A DNA stretch of 63,974 nt, filler included, from Octopus bimaculoides (GCF_001194135.2; 10 parts of 8 records of this genome joined end to end with filler, not necessarily neighbours in it), one strand, 5' to 3'. Shown: positions 1 through 16,250, counted from the first letter of the whole stretch. Program-made: numbers and translations. The notes: generated by a model from the sequence alone, not told the origin.

Positions 1-363
1 GTATAGGGATTTGATGTCCAGGGTGATGAGGAGGTGTGAGGGGCCGGGAGGGAAAGAAAAGGAATTGAAGAGGCGAAGGGCGTGGTTGGTGTCGTGTATG
101 TGGGATGGGAGGGCAGCAACTAACGGGGATAGGATATGGTCGAGGTATTTTGAAATGAGTTCGGTGGGGCAATTGAAAGCAGAGACAATGGGGCGGCAAG
201 GGTTGTTAGATTTGTGGATCTAGGGAAGGAAGTAGATGGAGGAGGTGCGGGGTGTGCGGACGATGAGGTTGGTGGCGGTAGCGGGGAGAGCAGAGGAGGA
301 GATGAGGTCATGGATTGTGGGGGACACAAGCCGTTGGTAGGAGGGGGTGGGGTCGGAGGGGAG
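1..363 (-). mobile_element. Penelope-like element (PLE) reverse transcriptase fragment, pseudogenised
   Basis: The minus strand translates IYFLP*IHKSNNPCRPIVSAFNCPTELISKYLDHILSPLVAALPSHIHDTNHAL, then after a frameshift LLITLDIKSLY. This matches the PLE RT motifs LPKIHK..RPIVS and T(L/M)DxxSLY. It runs off the window edge and into a gap. Confidence 0.85.
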
Positions 364-1227
364 NNNNNNNNNNNNNNNNNNNNNNNNNNNNNNNNNNNNN
401 NNNNNNNNNNNNNNNNNNNNNNNNNNNNNNNNNNNNNNNNNNNNNNNNNNNNNNNNNNNNNNNNNNNNNNNNNNNNNNNNNNNNNNNNNNNNNNNNNNNN
501 NNNNNNNNNNNNNNNNNNNNNNNNNNNNNNNNNNNNNNNNNNNNNNNNNNNNNNNNNNNNNNNNNNNNNNNNNNNNNNNNNNNNNNNNNNNNNNNNNNNN
601 NNNNNNNNNNNNNNNNNNNNNNNNNNNNNNNNNNNNNNNNNNNNNNNNNNNNNNNNNNNNNNNNNNNNNNNNNNNNNNNNNNNNNNNNNNNNNNNNNNNN
701 NNNNNNNNNNNNNNNNNNNNNNNNNNNNNNNNNNNNNNNNNNNNNNNNNNNNNNNNNNNNNNNNNNNNNNNNNNNNNNNNNNNNNNNNNNNNNNNNNNNN
801 NNNNNNNNNNNNNNNNNNNNNNNNNNNNNNNNNNNNNNNNNNNNNNNNNNNNNNNNNNNNNNNNNNNNNNNNNNNNNNNNNNNNNNNNNNNNNNNNNNNN
901 NNNNNNNNNNNNNNNNNNNNNNNNNNNNNNNNNNNNNNNNNNNNNNNNNNNNNNNNNNNNNNNNNNNNNNNNNNNNNNNNNNNNNNNNNNNNNNNNNNNN
1001 NNNNNNNNNNNNNNNNNNNNNNNNNNNNNNNNNNNNNNNNNNNNNNNNNNNNNNNNNNNNNNNNNNNNNNNNNNNNNNNNNNNNNNNNNNNNNNNNNNNN
1101 NNNNNNNNNNNNNNNNNNNNNNNNNNNNNNNNNNNNNNNNNNNNNNNNNNNNNNNNNNNNNNNNNNNNNNNNNNNNNNNNNNNNNNNNNNNNNNNNNNNN
1201 NNNNNNNNNNNNNNNNNNNNNNNNNNN

Positions 1228-3540
<2,313 letters not shown>

Positions 3541-6500
3541 AATATTGTTGAATAATAATTAGAATACTAATAAGGATAAATAAATTTTCATGCAAAGAAT
3601 ATTTTACTTTTTTTTAATATCTAAAGATAAACATTAAGCCAAAATATGGAAATTAACCAGGCAAACACACAAAAGAACAGTACAAGTAACACATAAAAGT
3701 GAATACACACACATACACGCTGACACGCACAGACACACTCACAAATTAATGTATCCAATAACATGCAAACTGTTGCATGCAGTGCATGATATAGCAGGCA
3801 AATATGAAACACAATGATAACAATATGTAAAAAACATAATAGACAAAAGAGTAGAGGTGAGTGTAATGGTGAAAAATGGCAGTGGCAGCGGTGGTGAGGC
3901 TGAGAAACACAGCAGCAGTGTCAAGGTATAAACCATTTAAAAGACGAACAACTGTTGGTGGAAATAGTGAGACGTGTGCCAAGAGTTTGTGAGAAAGAGA
4001 GAGATAGAGAAAGAGAGAGTAGCTATCCATTTGTGCGAGAGAAATGTACGTCAAGCAGTAAGTTTAATAGCAGGATTGTTTTGTCTTTTATACCATCCTC
4101 GTCTTGGACCAGTCCAGGTGGCGCTATGAAGTCAGAAGGGCCAGTTTGAAATATTTGCCATAAAAATAACTATCGATATATAAAATCTATACTAAAACCA
4201 AAATAAATTCACTCAAATACTTTAAAAAGCAACATGATTAATATAATAATACCTATTTGATTAATACAAGTTACTATAAATGAGGATTAGGATTTATGTA
4301 ACTAACAAAAAAAATGTATTACATTGATGTTATGATTCTAACTTTTTAAAGATGAAACATTAATGTAATTAAATATATTAATTATATAAAAATAAAATAA
4401 AATCTAGAGTTAATATGAAAGATTGGTAATACATTAAAGTAAATACAAACAATTTTACTTTTGTAATATAGTTATCAAGTTAAATACTCAATATACATTC
4501 TATAAAAGATGACTTCAAAAATGAAACTTTTCTGGATTTAATTACAATTAATATAATCTTGTAGATAATACATGCATAAACATTTCTTGCATATTTTGAA
4601 GGTTCTATCCTAATAGATCATCAATACAAGAAAAAATAATCAAACAGTTAAAAATGAAATAAAATTAATTCACTAATCTATAATTCAAATAATTGCATTC
4701 ATAAACCATTCTATAAGATAATAAAATAAAATAAAATAACACAAACTGGTAATAAGATGCAAATTTTTAATTATGAAAATTAGGTTTTTAGAAAATATTT
4801 TGTAACTGAAATGAAAATCTAAAATATCCTTATCTTAAAATAAAAATAAATAGTATAAGAACAAAATACATCAAACTTATATCATGAAACGAAATAATTG
4901 GTTGAAATATTGAATACAGAACATGAAGTATATGGATGTTGAAAATTTAAGAATATATATATATATATATATATATATATGACATTTCATAAGATACCTT
5001 AATTAAAGTGTAGGCTATAATATCGAGAGAATTATATAAATTGCTTATTGATTTTTTTTTAAAGAACTATAGCTGCATAAGAATGAGCAGCAGTATCAAT
5101 TGTAGAAGATAGGTAGCACGAAAGGTATTAAAGAACTGAAGAAGAGCAGAGACATTTGGAAGTAAATTCAACTGAGAAGGCATATATATGAAATTGTGTC
5201 TTTATAATATTTCCACCACATCTATTGAAGATAATGAAATGAAAATAATTCAAAGAACAGAAGAAGACTACACTCAGATTTTGAAAAGAATTCAAAATAT
5301 AGACAGGAAAAGAACTAAGTAGATGTCTTAAGAATATAAAGATGTTTTATTCAGAGAATGGAAGATGAAACTAGGAGAAAAGATAGGATGGAATAGAATA
5401 AAAGATTTCAGATTCGAATGAAGATATGCTTTCTTACAAATGCCCAAGTACCTTTCTAAATTATTTAAATTCATTTGATATCATGATTTATATGACATAT
5501 TTATTTGATTAAATATTTAAAAGACATTCTAAATAACATTTTTTAAATTTCTTAATGTATGGAAAAAAAGTTCTTGCATATAAACTAAACTGATGTAAAT
5601 TTTAAACTTTATTTTAGTATATTTATATTTCAATGAAAGCTGTTATTTGTCTGAAAATTCATATACCTCTGGATTAAAGTTGAGCAAATAAACACATATA
5701 AAATGAACTAACACTAAATACAGCTCGTAAAAGCTTTATCTCAGATTAAAGAAAAAGTTCTATATATTTCCTCTAACAGCTTGTATAGATCAAATCTAAA
5801 CACGATACAAGATTGATAATTGCCAAATTACCACTTGCAGCTATACTATGATTACAGTACAAACTAATCAAATTTAAAATTCCATTTTAAAGAATAACTT
5901 AATCTCAAATCTTAAAATGAAAGACAAAACTCATTTTGCATTTTCTTGAATACTTCCTTAATTGAATTTAAGAAATTTAAAATTATTTTGCTAATTAGAA
6001 AATTGTAAATTAAAGAAGGGTAATGTTATTTCTAGCAAGGTAAAGATATTTCAAGATTATTTGTGTCTGAGGAAATCCTTGTTAAGAAAGGTATAAAACC
6101 AGCTTAGAATATTGTTTATGTGTAATCCTTATAAACAATTTTATACTACATGATTTAAAAATCTAATTCTTTCTTTGCTACTTTTCAAAAGATCATTCAC
6201 AATACACATATGCATATATATACATATATAAAAAAATATATATATACATGAAAATATGTAGATTTATATATATAGATAGATAGAGACATACACGCACAAA
6301 TGATCTTGCAGTTTGCAAACAAGACCAAATGATGAATATAAAGTTGAATTTTCATTCAGTTATTTCAAAAAGAGCAAGCAATTCTCAGTTCGACAGCAGT
6401 TCATATTATTGCCATGGAAATAATGTTCCTGCAATCATTGACAGTTTTATGCAGAAATAACCAATTTGTGGATATTCATGCAATCATACAAATAGCTACA

Positions 6501-6771
6501 AGATGCACATATAATCATACATACTATCCAATCTTAGAAAGCCAAACAATAATAATGTATTTTAAGATTACAATTCCTAAGGCAGACCAAGCTATTTTAA
6601 AGGGAAAATGCAGAAGTTGGAAGAGATAGGCAGAAGAAACAATATGAGAGATGGAGAAACAATATTCATAGATATTAGAAGAGGAATAGATAATATAGGA
6701 GGAATATTATCACTAGTTTTACTACTGTTCCCAAACTCCTGGGCCCTTGTAGGCAATAAAATCAAATCATC

Positions 6772-6791
6772 ATCATCGTTATTATTATTAC

Positions 6792-6845
<54 letters not shown>

Positions 6846-6848
6846 TAC
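6772..6848. repeat. (TTA)n microsatellite
   Basis: Long run of tta/att units, giving the poly-Leu stretch of ORF 6608-6922. Confidence 0.95.
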
Positions 6849-7485
6849 ATTGTTATTACTTTTATAACTCCTTTACATTTAGATTAAAGTTATGTCGTAT
6901 AATTACTTTTATTTTTATTTAAATTAAACAAGGCTCTTTATTTTATATCAATGATGCATGTTTGTGTGTGTGTGCACATATATATATATATATATACATA
7001 TATATATAAATATATATATGCATACACACATACACACACAATCATGAGTTCTATTATATTCTTTTAGACTAAATCCTTACTTTGCATTTAAAGTACTGAA
7101 TTACAGTAAATGAGAAAGCTAGGTGTTTTGCCAATATTTTTTTTTTCAAAATTAATTTAGTCCCAAAATTTCACTTCATTTAATAATTGATAAAAGAAAT
7201 TTTATGGAGAGCAGTTGGAATAAGAAATCAATAATCATATTAAAGTGAATTTCTTTTACTCTTTATGAAATATATTCATATATTTGGTTTAATCATTTGT
7301 ATTACAGAATTTTATATCTTTAAAGAACAGTTAACAGCATATGAGGGATATGATAATTTATATGGGCATATATCATGTCAATATATATACATAGGATATA
7401 CATATACAAATATATACATTTGTATATATATATGTTTGTATACAGAAATAAAAGTATTATATATGTGCGTGTATGTGTGTGTGCA

Positions 7486-7549
<64 letters not shown>

Positions 7550-10500
7550 CACACAAACACACACATATACCCACACTCATATGTTTTCTTATATATATAT
7601 ATATATATATATACTGCCCAAGGAAATTTAGTAATCAACTTTCAGTCAACATATAACTTATTAGTTTTGCATTGCATTTCTGAGCACTATTTGCTTTTCA
7701 ACCAACTGAGCCTAGATGACTTGCAGCACATGTCTTATATTACATCACTGAAGCTGTAAAATTCGCTTTGGCACCAAAACAGCCTACAATCTATGTATTA
7801 CGGAGGCACATACTATTGTCTATCTGGTCAGAACCAAGCAGAAATGAAAATTCAATCATAGATACCTTAATAACAGATAGATAATTTATTGTAGCAGGAA
7901 GTCACCAAATGTAAGCTTGATACAGGCAAATTTTGTGAATTACACAGAAAAGATGACGCAATGGTCCTAATAAATATGTTTAAACTATTACAATAAACGA
8001 TGAAGAGAAAGTAATCCTCCTGAATGTTTCTCTGATTATGATGAGCAATCGATGTTGGCAATAAAACAAAATTCAAGATCATTATAATGATATTTTATTC
8101 AGTGGCATTGTGCCCCAAAATTGATGAAATCATTGAAATGGAAATGACTTGAAGGGAGGCATTTTGTTAGACTGTGAAGAGTTGAAGATATTTTTCTACA
8201 TCTTCATGGTGTACTACTGTAATTCACTCTATACAGGAAAATTCTGACACAGATAACCACTACTTTACATGAATTTTAATGATTATATTGGAAGTAACCA
8301 TGTTAGCCTTCATAGGTTTCAAAAAACAAGTATTGAAAATTAAACACTGAAATTTTAAATCTAATGCACAAGATGAAATTTACAGAACAGTCAAATGTTA
8401 TAATGAACATTTACATTGTTTCAAAATGACTCAGAATACACTACGTAACTCTATGTTAGTTAATGGACAATAAACTCTCAGAGATCATTAATTGAAGATA
8501 ATTAATACAATAATACTTTTGACCAAATATATAACGTCTTCCTCAGTTCTAAAATCCACAAACCTGTCAAATGTACTACGTAAATAAATAGAAAGTGTAA
8601 TGTATATTCATTGTCTGATATCAAAACCAAGTAGATTACTCTTATAAAAGAAATAGAAAATGATACATATGTAAATATGAATGAATATATATCTATATGA
8701 ATATATATATACAAGCAAAGACATACACACAAGTATGTGAGTGAGCCAGTAACTAATAAAATGACAAAGATTTTTTGTTGTTATGTATGTGGAAAGAGGT
8801 TGTAGATTGAATTAGATAACTTTTGAAATGTTTATTAGATTGTAATTGTACCAATGATTGCTTGAAAATGTATGTTTTGTAAGGGTATGTTTTTCCATTT
8901 TTTAGCACACACATAACTAAGGGCATGAATGAGATACTATGAACACTAGTAAATTATATTTATATTTATTGCAGAATTTCATCTTCTCTGCAACATTAGA
9001 GGATGCAAACTTAGTTTATATTAACTGTAAAATCTATGAGTGTACAAGGAAGGCATTAGGGTCTTGGATAGACTCTAGAAACTATTATAGGTCTTCAATA
9101 TGACAGATCTTTGGATAAAAGTAAATCAGGTTAGTTACTTATCTCATGTGGCCACATTTGGTGTCAAAACTATTAACAGTGCAATAAAAACCGATCATGA
9201 TGCAGACAACGTTGTATGCTGTACATATCTGAGCAGTATATATATTATTATATGTTATATCATATTTTGTGAACAACAATGTCATTTGGTTACAGGTTTC
9301 TAATAGGTTAATCATTGATCTCCAGCATTTATGATGGTGAGACTGACAGATTGTCAGGTGGAGCAATAACACATGGGATTCTTGTTCAAAAGCACCAGTT
9401 TATTGGTTTTCTCACCAATATTTACAGGTTTTATTGATGCACACTGGCAAAAGATGTACACACACACACAGAGACAGATAAGCCAAGAAGCTGAGAAAGC
9501 TCCTGGGTATTACAAATGTTGCAAGACGTTGACCCTGTTGAAATAGCTCTATGAGAAGATAACACCTGTATATGTGCTATGATGTGAATATATGCTATGG
9601 TGTTGAAAAGGAAATGTAGTTGTAGTAAAATGTACTCAGACCATTGCAGAGTTGAGAAAAATAGCAATAATTTGTAAAGTTTTGCTAAACTTAGATATGA
9701 AATACAGAACTAAATGAAATCAAATTGATCTGTAAACCTATTGAATTGATGTCAGTTATGGAAAACATAAATACAAAGATAATAACACACACACATACAC
9801 AGATTAAGACATGACTTGCTTGGTAAAAGTGATGTATTGAAATCTAAAAGTATTCCTTAGACAGAACATATGAATAAATATATAAGAGTATGTTGGGTGA
9901 ACCATAAGCTAATACCTTCAAAAAAGACAGAACTCAATACATTGACATAATGAACAATGTTTTTGAGAATAAGAAGGTTCAATACCTCAAAGTGGACAGT
10001 GGTTTCATTCCATACTGAGCAAGAATATTCAGACATGTCACTAGTCATTATGTGGCTTTGAAAATTCCAATTCTTACAACATCAATACAACACACACACA
10101 CACACATACAAATGTATGTGTGTGTGTGAGTACAAATTTGTGCACAAAGAATGCAGACAAACATACATGCATGTATGTATGCATGCATGTATATATGTAT
10201 GCATGTATACACACACACATATCTTTTGCTTGTTTCAATCAATGGACAACTGCTATGCTGGGGAACTACATTGAAGATTTCTTTTTAGTTGAACAAATTC
10301 ATGCCAGAACTTATTTATAATTCTAGTATTTATTCTATCAGACTCTTATGTCAAACTGTTAAGTTATAGGGACGTAAAAAGACCAACACCAATTTTCAAG
10401 TGGTGCTGGGACTAATATTGGCACAAACACACACACATATCTACACACACATGCAAACATACACACACATCTACTGGATTTCCACACAGTTTCATCTCAC

Positions 10501-11039
10501 AGATTCACCCACAAAGCCTATAGCAGAAGACATATGCATAATGTACCATGCAGTAGAGTTAAATCCAAAGATATATAGTTGAAAAGTGAGATTCTTGACC
10601 ATACAGCTATGCAGTGTGTGTGTGTGTGTGTGTGTATGAAATAAATGTAGTAGAGTATGCAGTTGTAGAGTATGCTGATCATTAACTCATGGAATTAACA
10701 ACTAAGAAGCCGAATGTTCTACCAACATAGAAAACTTTCATGTAATTTTCAGGTAGAATCAGTATGAAACAGCATGGGAGTGTGACAAACTTGGACCTTT
10801 GGATTACAATTTAAATTCATTTGATGGGCTTCTGCACAATTTCTATTGGCTCAATTCACTCACAAGCCTGAGGGCAACTTTATGATACAATACTCTCAAG
10901 ATCTCGTACTGTGACATCAAACATCAGTCCTTATGATAGTGAAGCAAGCTTCTGAACCATTTAAACATGGTGTACCTAAATATAATATATATCCATCCTT
11001 CCATATATATTTATACACAGACATATGCATATAGAGCCA

Positions 11040-11775
11040 GTATGCTCCGTTGGATGTGTAATGTCAATGTGAATACCCGTCAGAGTGTAAGTATCTTGAG
11101 AGAAAAGCTGAACATTAGAAGCATCAGTTGTGGTGTGCAAGAGAGACGATTGCACTGGTATGGACATGTGGTGAGAATGGATGAGGATAGCTGCGTGAAA
11201 AAGTGCCACACCCTAACAGCTGAGGGAACCCGTGGAAGAGGTAGGCCCAGGAAGACCTGGGCTGAGGTGGTGAGGCAAGACCTTCGTACATTGGGCCTCA
11301 CCGAGGCGATGACTACTGACCGAGACCTTTGGAAATGTGCTGTGCGTGAGAAGACCCGGCAAGCCAAGTAAGATCGTTGCCAGTGCCCCTGGACTNNNNN
11401 NNNNNNNNNNNNNNNNNNNNNNNNNNNNNNNNNNNNNNNNNNNNNNNNNNNNNNNNNNNNNNNNNNNNNNNNNNNNNNNNNNNNNNNNNNNNNNNNNNNN
11501 NNNNNNNNNNNNNNNNNNNNNNNNNNNNNNNNNNNNNNNNNNNNNNNNNNNNNNNGTGGCACATAAAAGACACCATTTCGAGCGTGACCGTTTTCGTGTG
11601 GGTGACACGTAAAAGCACCCACTACACTCTCTGAGTGGTTGGCGTTAGGAAGGGCATCCAAATTAGATTGGAGCCTGGTGTTGCCATCCGGTTTCACCAG
11701 TCCTCAGTCAAATCGTCCAACCCATGCTAGCATGGAAAGCGGACGTTAAACGATGATGATGATGATGATGATGAT
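11040..11775 (+). mobile_element. RTE-clade LINE 3' end (C-terminus of ORF plus 3' UTR with (GAT)n tail), interrupted by a gap
   Basis: The ORF track gives MLRWMCNV...LREKLNIRSISCGVQERRLHWYGHVVRMDEDSCVKKC...RGRGRPRKTW, the typical RTE C-terminus. It ends in catggaaagcggacgttaaacgatgatgat. Confidence 0.9.
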
Positions 11776-11810
11776 ATATATATATATATATATATATATT
11801 TTCATTTATT

Positions 11811-12178
11811 CTTTTAATTGCTTCAGTCATTTGACTGTGGCCATGCTATAGCATTCCCTTTAGTTGAAGAAATTGACATCAGGACTTATTCTTTGTAAGC
11901 CGAGTACTTATTCTATTGATTCCTTTTGCTGAATCGCTAAGTTATGGGAGTTGTAAACACACCAACATTGGTTGTCAAGCAATGGTGGGGGTAACAAACA
12001 CAGACACAAACATATACATATATATGATGGGCTTCTTTCAGTTTCCATCTACTGAATCTACGCACAAAGCTTTGATCAGCCTGAACCTATAGTAGAAGAC
12101 ACTTGCCCAAGGTGCCACACAGTGGGATTGAACCCAAAACCATGTGGTTGGGAAGCAAGCTTCTTACCACACAGCCAT
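11811..12178 (-). mobile_element. tRNA-derived SINE (family A), near full length
   Basis: The minus strand starts ggctgtgtggtaagaagcttgcttcccaaccacatggttttgggttcaatcccactg (A/B-box-like) and ends gtcaaatgactgaagc. The same family recurs at 27810, 48950, 51870, 53860, 54200 and 63218. Confidence 0.85.
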
Positions 12179-12208
12179 GCATGTGCATATATGTATATAA
12201 ATATATAT

Positions 12209-12574
12209 AAATAATCAGAAAACAAAGAAAAAACCTCAGATTAACAAACACATTGATTGGACCACATTTATAGCTTATTTTTTAATACAAAGCATGATAT
12301 AAAAATTAGGTGACGTAACAGATCTTACAGCCATTTCCACATCCATAGCCAAAAGCTGTCTATAAATAATTGCGAAAAGCCAAATGCTGTCTATAAATAA
12401 TTGTCTATAAATAATTGCGAAAATAAAAGAATTTGGTTATGAATGTGGAAATAGCTGTAAGATCTGTTACGTCACCTATTTGTTATGTCATGCTTTGTAT
12501 CAAAAATTAAGCTATAAATGTGGTCCGATTGATGTGTTTGTTAATCTGAAGTTTTCTCCATTTTCTGATTATTT
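12209..12574. repeat. Foldback element with ~145-bp inverted arms and a spacer carrying three copies of tgtctataaataattg
   Basis: 12209-12353 is the reverse complement of 12432-12574 at roughly 85-90% identity by eye. Confidence 0.9.
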
Positions 12575-12754
12575 GTATTTGTTTCCTGATAAACTCTTGT
12601 TTATCCTGTTGTTACCTGCACTCTACGTTCATAGTGTGCCTGCACACCAATGCCCAGGGATAACACGGGTAACAGATACTGATAGTACATATAGATATTT
12701 TATCCCTTAGTTGGTTATTATAACCGCTAACTCTGTTTGCACTATAAACATATA

Positions 12755-12867
12755 TATATAACAAAAATGGGAAAGGCCGGTTTATGGGATAACCTCAGGT
12801 TTCCCGTCCATAAAGGGGGAAGACTAAGGTAATCTGATAAAGCAGCCTTCCCCATTTTTTATATATA
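12755..12867. repeat. Short palindromic (hairpin) element, ~50-bp arms, ~10-nt loop
   Basis: Left arm aaaaatgggaaaggccggtttatgggataacctcaggtttccc aligns with the reverse complement of the right arm, aaaaatggggaaggctgctttatcagattaccttagtcttccc. Confidence 0.8.
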
Positions 12868-13232
12868 CTGCTCTACATCTGAGAGTGTGCTTCTTTTGTA
12901 TTTATGTTTTTTTGCAAATGATCTTTATATATATATATACATACATACACACATACACTTATATATATATATATGCATACACACATAATTTTATGTTTTA
13001 TCTTTTACTGGTTTCAGTCAAGGGCTCAGACTATGCTGAAGCACTGCCTTCCAGTGTTTGGGTTTCGTTTTTGTATTGTTTTTGGTGAAGCACCAAGTTG
13101 AATAGAGCTGCTCATCTTTGAGCCTCCTGTCATGATATGACCTCATCTTGATATTTCAGGTATTTGTGTAGATGCTCTTGGAAGACTCTACATTTACATC
13201 TTGCAAATTTCTGAGGTTGTTTGGCAGAGAGT

Positions 13233-13265
<33 letters not shown>

Positions 13266-13267
13266 CA

Positions 13268-13489
13268 TATGAGGGGATGCGGAAGAGTTCCTGGCTTTGG
13301 GTAAAGGAAAATGCAGGAGGATCAGTTTAATTATGATTTTATTCTGCATATTCTCCAGTCAGAATTACACACTTAATGCAGCAGTCATTCAGCTTTATTA
13401 AGCCCTATAAAAGATCCTGGAAGGTTGGGCCTCCAGCCAGGCCTTCTGCAATACCCTTAATGCCAAGCACTTTTCAGCACCCCCTCATA
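13268..13489. mobile_element. mariner-derived MITE with TA target duplication
   Basis: Imperfect ~28-bp TIRs: gaggggatgcggaagagttcctggcttt vs reverse complement gagggggtgctgaaaagtgcttggcatt, flanked by TA. A partial inverted copy lies at about 50940-51080. Confidence 0.75.
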
Positions 13490-16084
13490 TATATATATAT
13501 AATCAGCTTTAACTGTACTATATCAGTGCTTAGAAAAGTAATAGACCCTACAAGCTTATTCAAACCTCATATCTTTCATAATTTGAGTTATTGTATTACC
13601 AAGTCCCCTACAGAGTAACTGCTATCTATCTCTTTCTTTCTACCCCGTCTCTCTATCACTTTCTCTTTCTCTTTCTGTAATAATTTTACTGGTATGAATT
13701 GTAAATTCTATCTTGATGAATTTCACATTTGTTTTTCAAGTAATTTATCAGACACTCAGGTCCCAACTGTTTACTAGTGTCCCAGAACCCACCTTAATGT
13801 ATATTATTTTTTATATTTATGCAATTAAAATATTAGCCTGTAATTGATAAATACTCCCACATACACACGCACATTCATACACACACACACACATGCACAA
13901 TGTATGCATACGTACATACATATATATATTATTTCTCATCTAATCCTTCCTTTCAGTTTTTGTAATACCCGATCTCAGTAACATCAAAGTTGCATTTCCT
14001 CAGGAAATATATTCATGTATACTGTGGAAACAAGATGAGGTATTTGACTATTGGACATTGACCGTTTAAAACCATTGCAGTGCATTGCAATAGGAAAGTA
14101 CACTTAATTCTATGTCACAAGTTACTTAGCAGTAAACTAGAGATACATTGCTTTAGAAAATAATTGCAAATGAATATCCTTTTATTGATGGATAGCCATG
14201 GATATAAAGCATCTGTTGACTGTATTTATGACACAAGTGTTTGGTACATATGTATGGATGTACATATAATAGTAGTAAGAAGGCAAAGAATGCAGAACTA
14301 ATTTTATGTTCAATTTGTTGCCATCTAGTCATTTTTCTGCCATAGTATATGTAAAATTACATTATTCAAAACGTTGATTTATTAATAAAGTTCATATAAA
14401 GTTCATATGGCAGGGATTTAGAAAAGCACAAGGCAAATTGAATAACGTACAGAGTTTCCTTCATGGGTCTAGCATGGATTAATATATATGTGCTTGTGGA
14501 TGGGTGTGTGTATATATATATTGTTGTATTTGGGGATGGTCATGTTGCCAGTTTAACCAATATATATGTATATATATATATATATATNNNNNNNNNNNNN
14601 NNNNNNNNNNNNNNNNNNNNNNNNNNNNNNNTTAATTAATTAANNNNNNNNNNNNNNNNNNNNNNNNNNNNNNNNNNNNNNNNNNNNTATATATATATAT
14701 ATATCGTTGCTATTATGCAAAAGTGTCATTGCTTTTCAGAAAACGAAAAAATAGTTTTACCATTCCATTTCCTTTTACATTAGCAACAGTTTCAGCTTAA
14801 CAATAATATTTTGTTGGGTGCATAAAATCATAACTCCATGTATGTATGATATTTTCAGTCAGAAATATTTTTGCAAAACTGTCGTATGTGGGACTTACTA
14901 CAGTTTTGAAAAATGCTAAACCGTGTACTACACTTTGACAATTTTCATACCTTGGCATCTGAAGCAGCTAGAGATACGATAGTTTGACCAAAAGAACCGG
15001 CCACTGGAAGCAAAATTAGAAATAGTGAAAAAATGCATTTGGTCAAATTTAGACATACGACAGTTTAACATAATATCAACGATATGGATTAGAAGCGCTA
15101 AGCAGTGATGTATATAAACTTATGGATTCGAATACGATTCAGACATATTCGAACCCATAAGAAAACCATCCCTTGCATTTTGTCATGGAGAAAAATTCTC
15201 GCTGTAGACAAAAAGATGTAAACATACCAAGACAGTCGGGGCCGCCTTATACTCAGATCGATGGATGCATGCATTTCGGAGGGGAAGTTGGTGGAATAGT
15301 CGATTCCATTGAATCAATAAATGACTGGTACCATATTATTGACACCGGTGGAATGAAATGTTAAGTTGACATAGATGGAATTTGAACTCAGAAAGTAAAT
15401 AACTGGAAGAAAAATCCTATGATGGTTGTCCTACCTCAAGCAATCTTTGCCAGAAAATAAAGACGATGAATTGTTGTTCACTTATTTCATAAATAGTATT
15501 TGGACAACTGAACAATCAATTTTTTTAATGTTTACTTTTTCAGAAAATATTCTGAAAATTTTAGAAATAAAATTTACTTATTTATTGTTAATTTTGTTTT
15601 AATGGTTTGGTCTGGGTGAAAGGACTGAGTCTATGTTTTTTTAGGTCCTCTGAGACCGATGAGATCGTCGCAATTAATACCAACGACTTCTCAGATTGAC
15701 TTAGTAGTTGGGGAGAAATCAGAGAAGAAATATGACGCAAAACTGAGAAAACGTCTATAAATTTTGTTGAGAAAAGCACGCAGGTTGACTGGGAGTTAAC
15801 TCCCCAGGGATACTTGCTATTTATAAAAAAAAGAAACTGTTAAAAAACTCGATGTAGTCAAACAAGAAATTTTAAATCAATCCCTTCAAGCACAGCCAGA
15901 CTGGCATTTTGGCAGTTTTTGTTATACCACAGCACCATCTTGACGTGTTCATCTTTAAATTAAAGCGAGTCATCTCATCATAATTTACAATGAATCTTTT
16001 GCAATGTTTCAAACGCCAGAGTAAGAAATAATTCTTTCTCCTATAGGTACAAGGCCTGAAATTTTGGGGATTTCACCTTACCAG

Positions 16085-16250
16085 AATAAGATATGATTTC
16101 AAATCTTGGCACAAGGATAGCAATTTCGGAGGGAGAGGATAAGTTGATTACATCAACCCCAATGTTCAACTGTTACTTATTTCATCGATCTTGAAAGAAT
16201 AAAAGGCAAAGTCGACTTCGGCGGAATTTGAACTTAGAACGTAAAGACCA
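16085..16250 (-). mobile_element. tRNA-derived SINE (family B)
   Basis: Contains aaaggcaaagtcgacttcggcggaatttgaacttagaacgt, shared with copies at 15300-15420, 19770-19930, 19953-20070, 24302-24508 and 49860-50005. Confidence 0.8.

Noticed and set aside
5050-5450. Purine-rich stretch with a coding-like look
   Set aside because: Stops occur in all frames and no motif is recognisable; at most a very old TE remnant.
9040-9660. Faint RTE-like words (LRKLLGITNV)
   Set aside because: Too degraded to assign boundaries or family.
11811-12178. tRNA-like A/B boxes at SINE heads
   Set aside because: No complete cloverleaf, and they are attached to SINE bodies, so they were not called as tRNA genes.
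15645-15760. Acceptor tttttttag followed by a 37-aa phase-1 frame ending KYDAKLRKRL*
   Set aside because: No similarity to BIG3 or any family I recognise, and a frame this short arises easily by chance.
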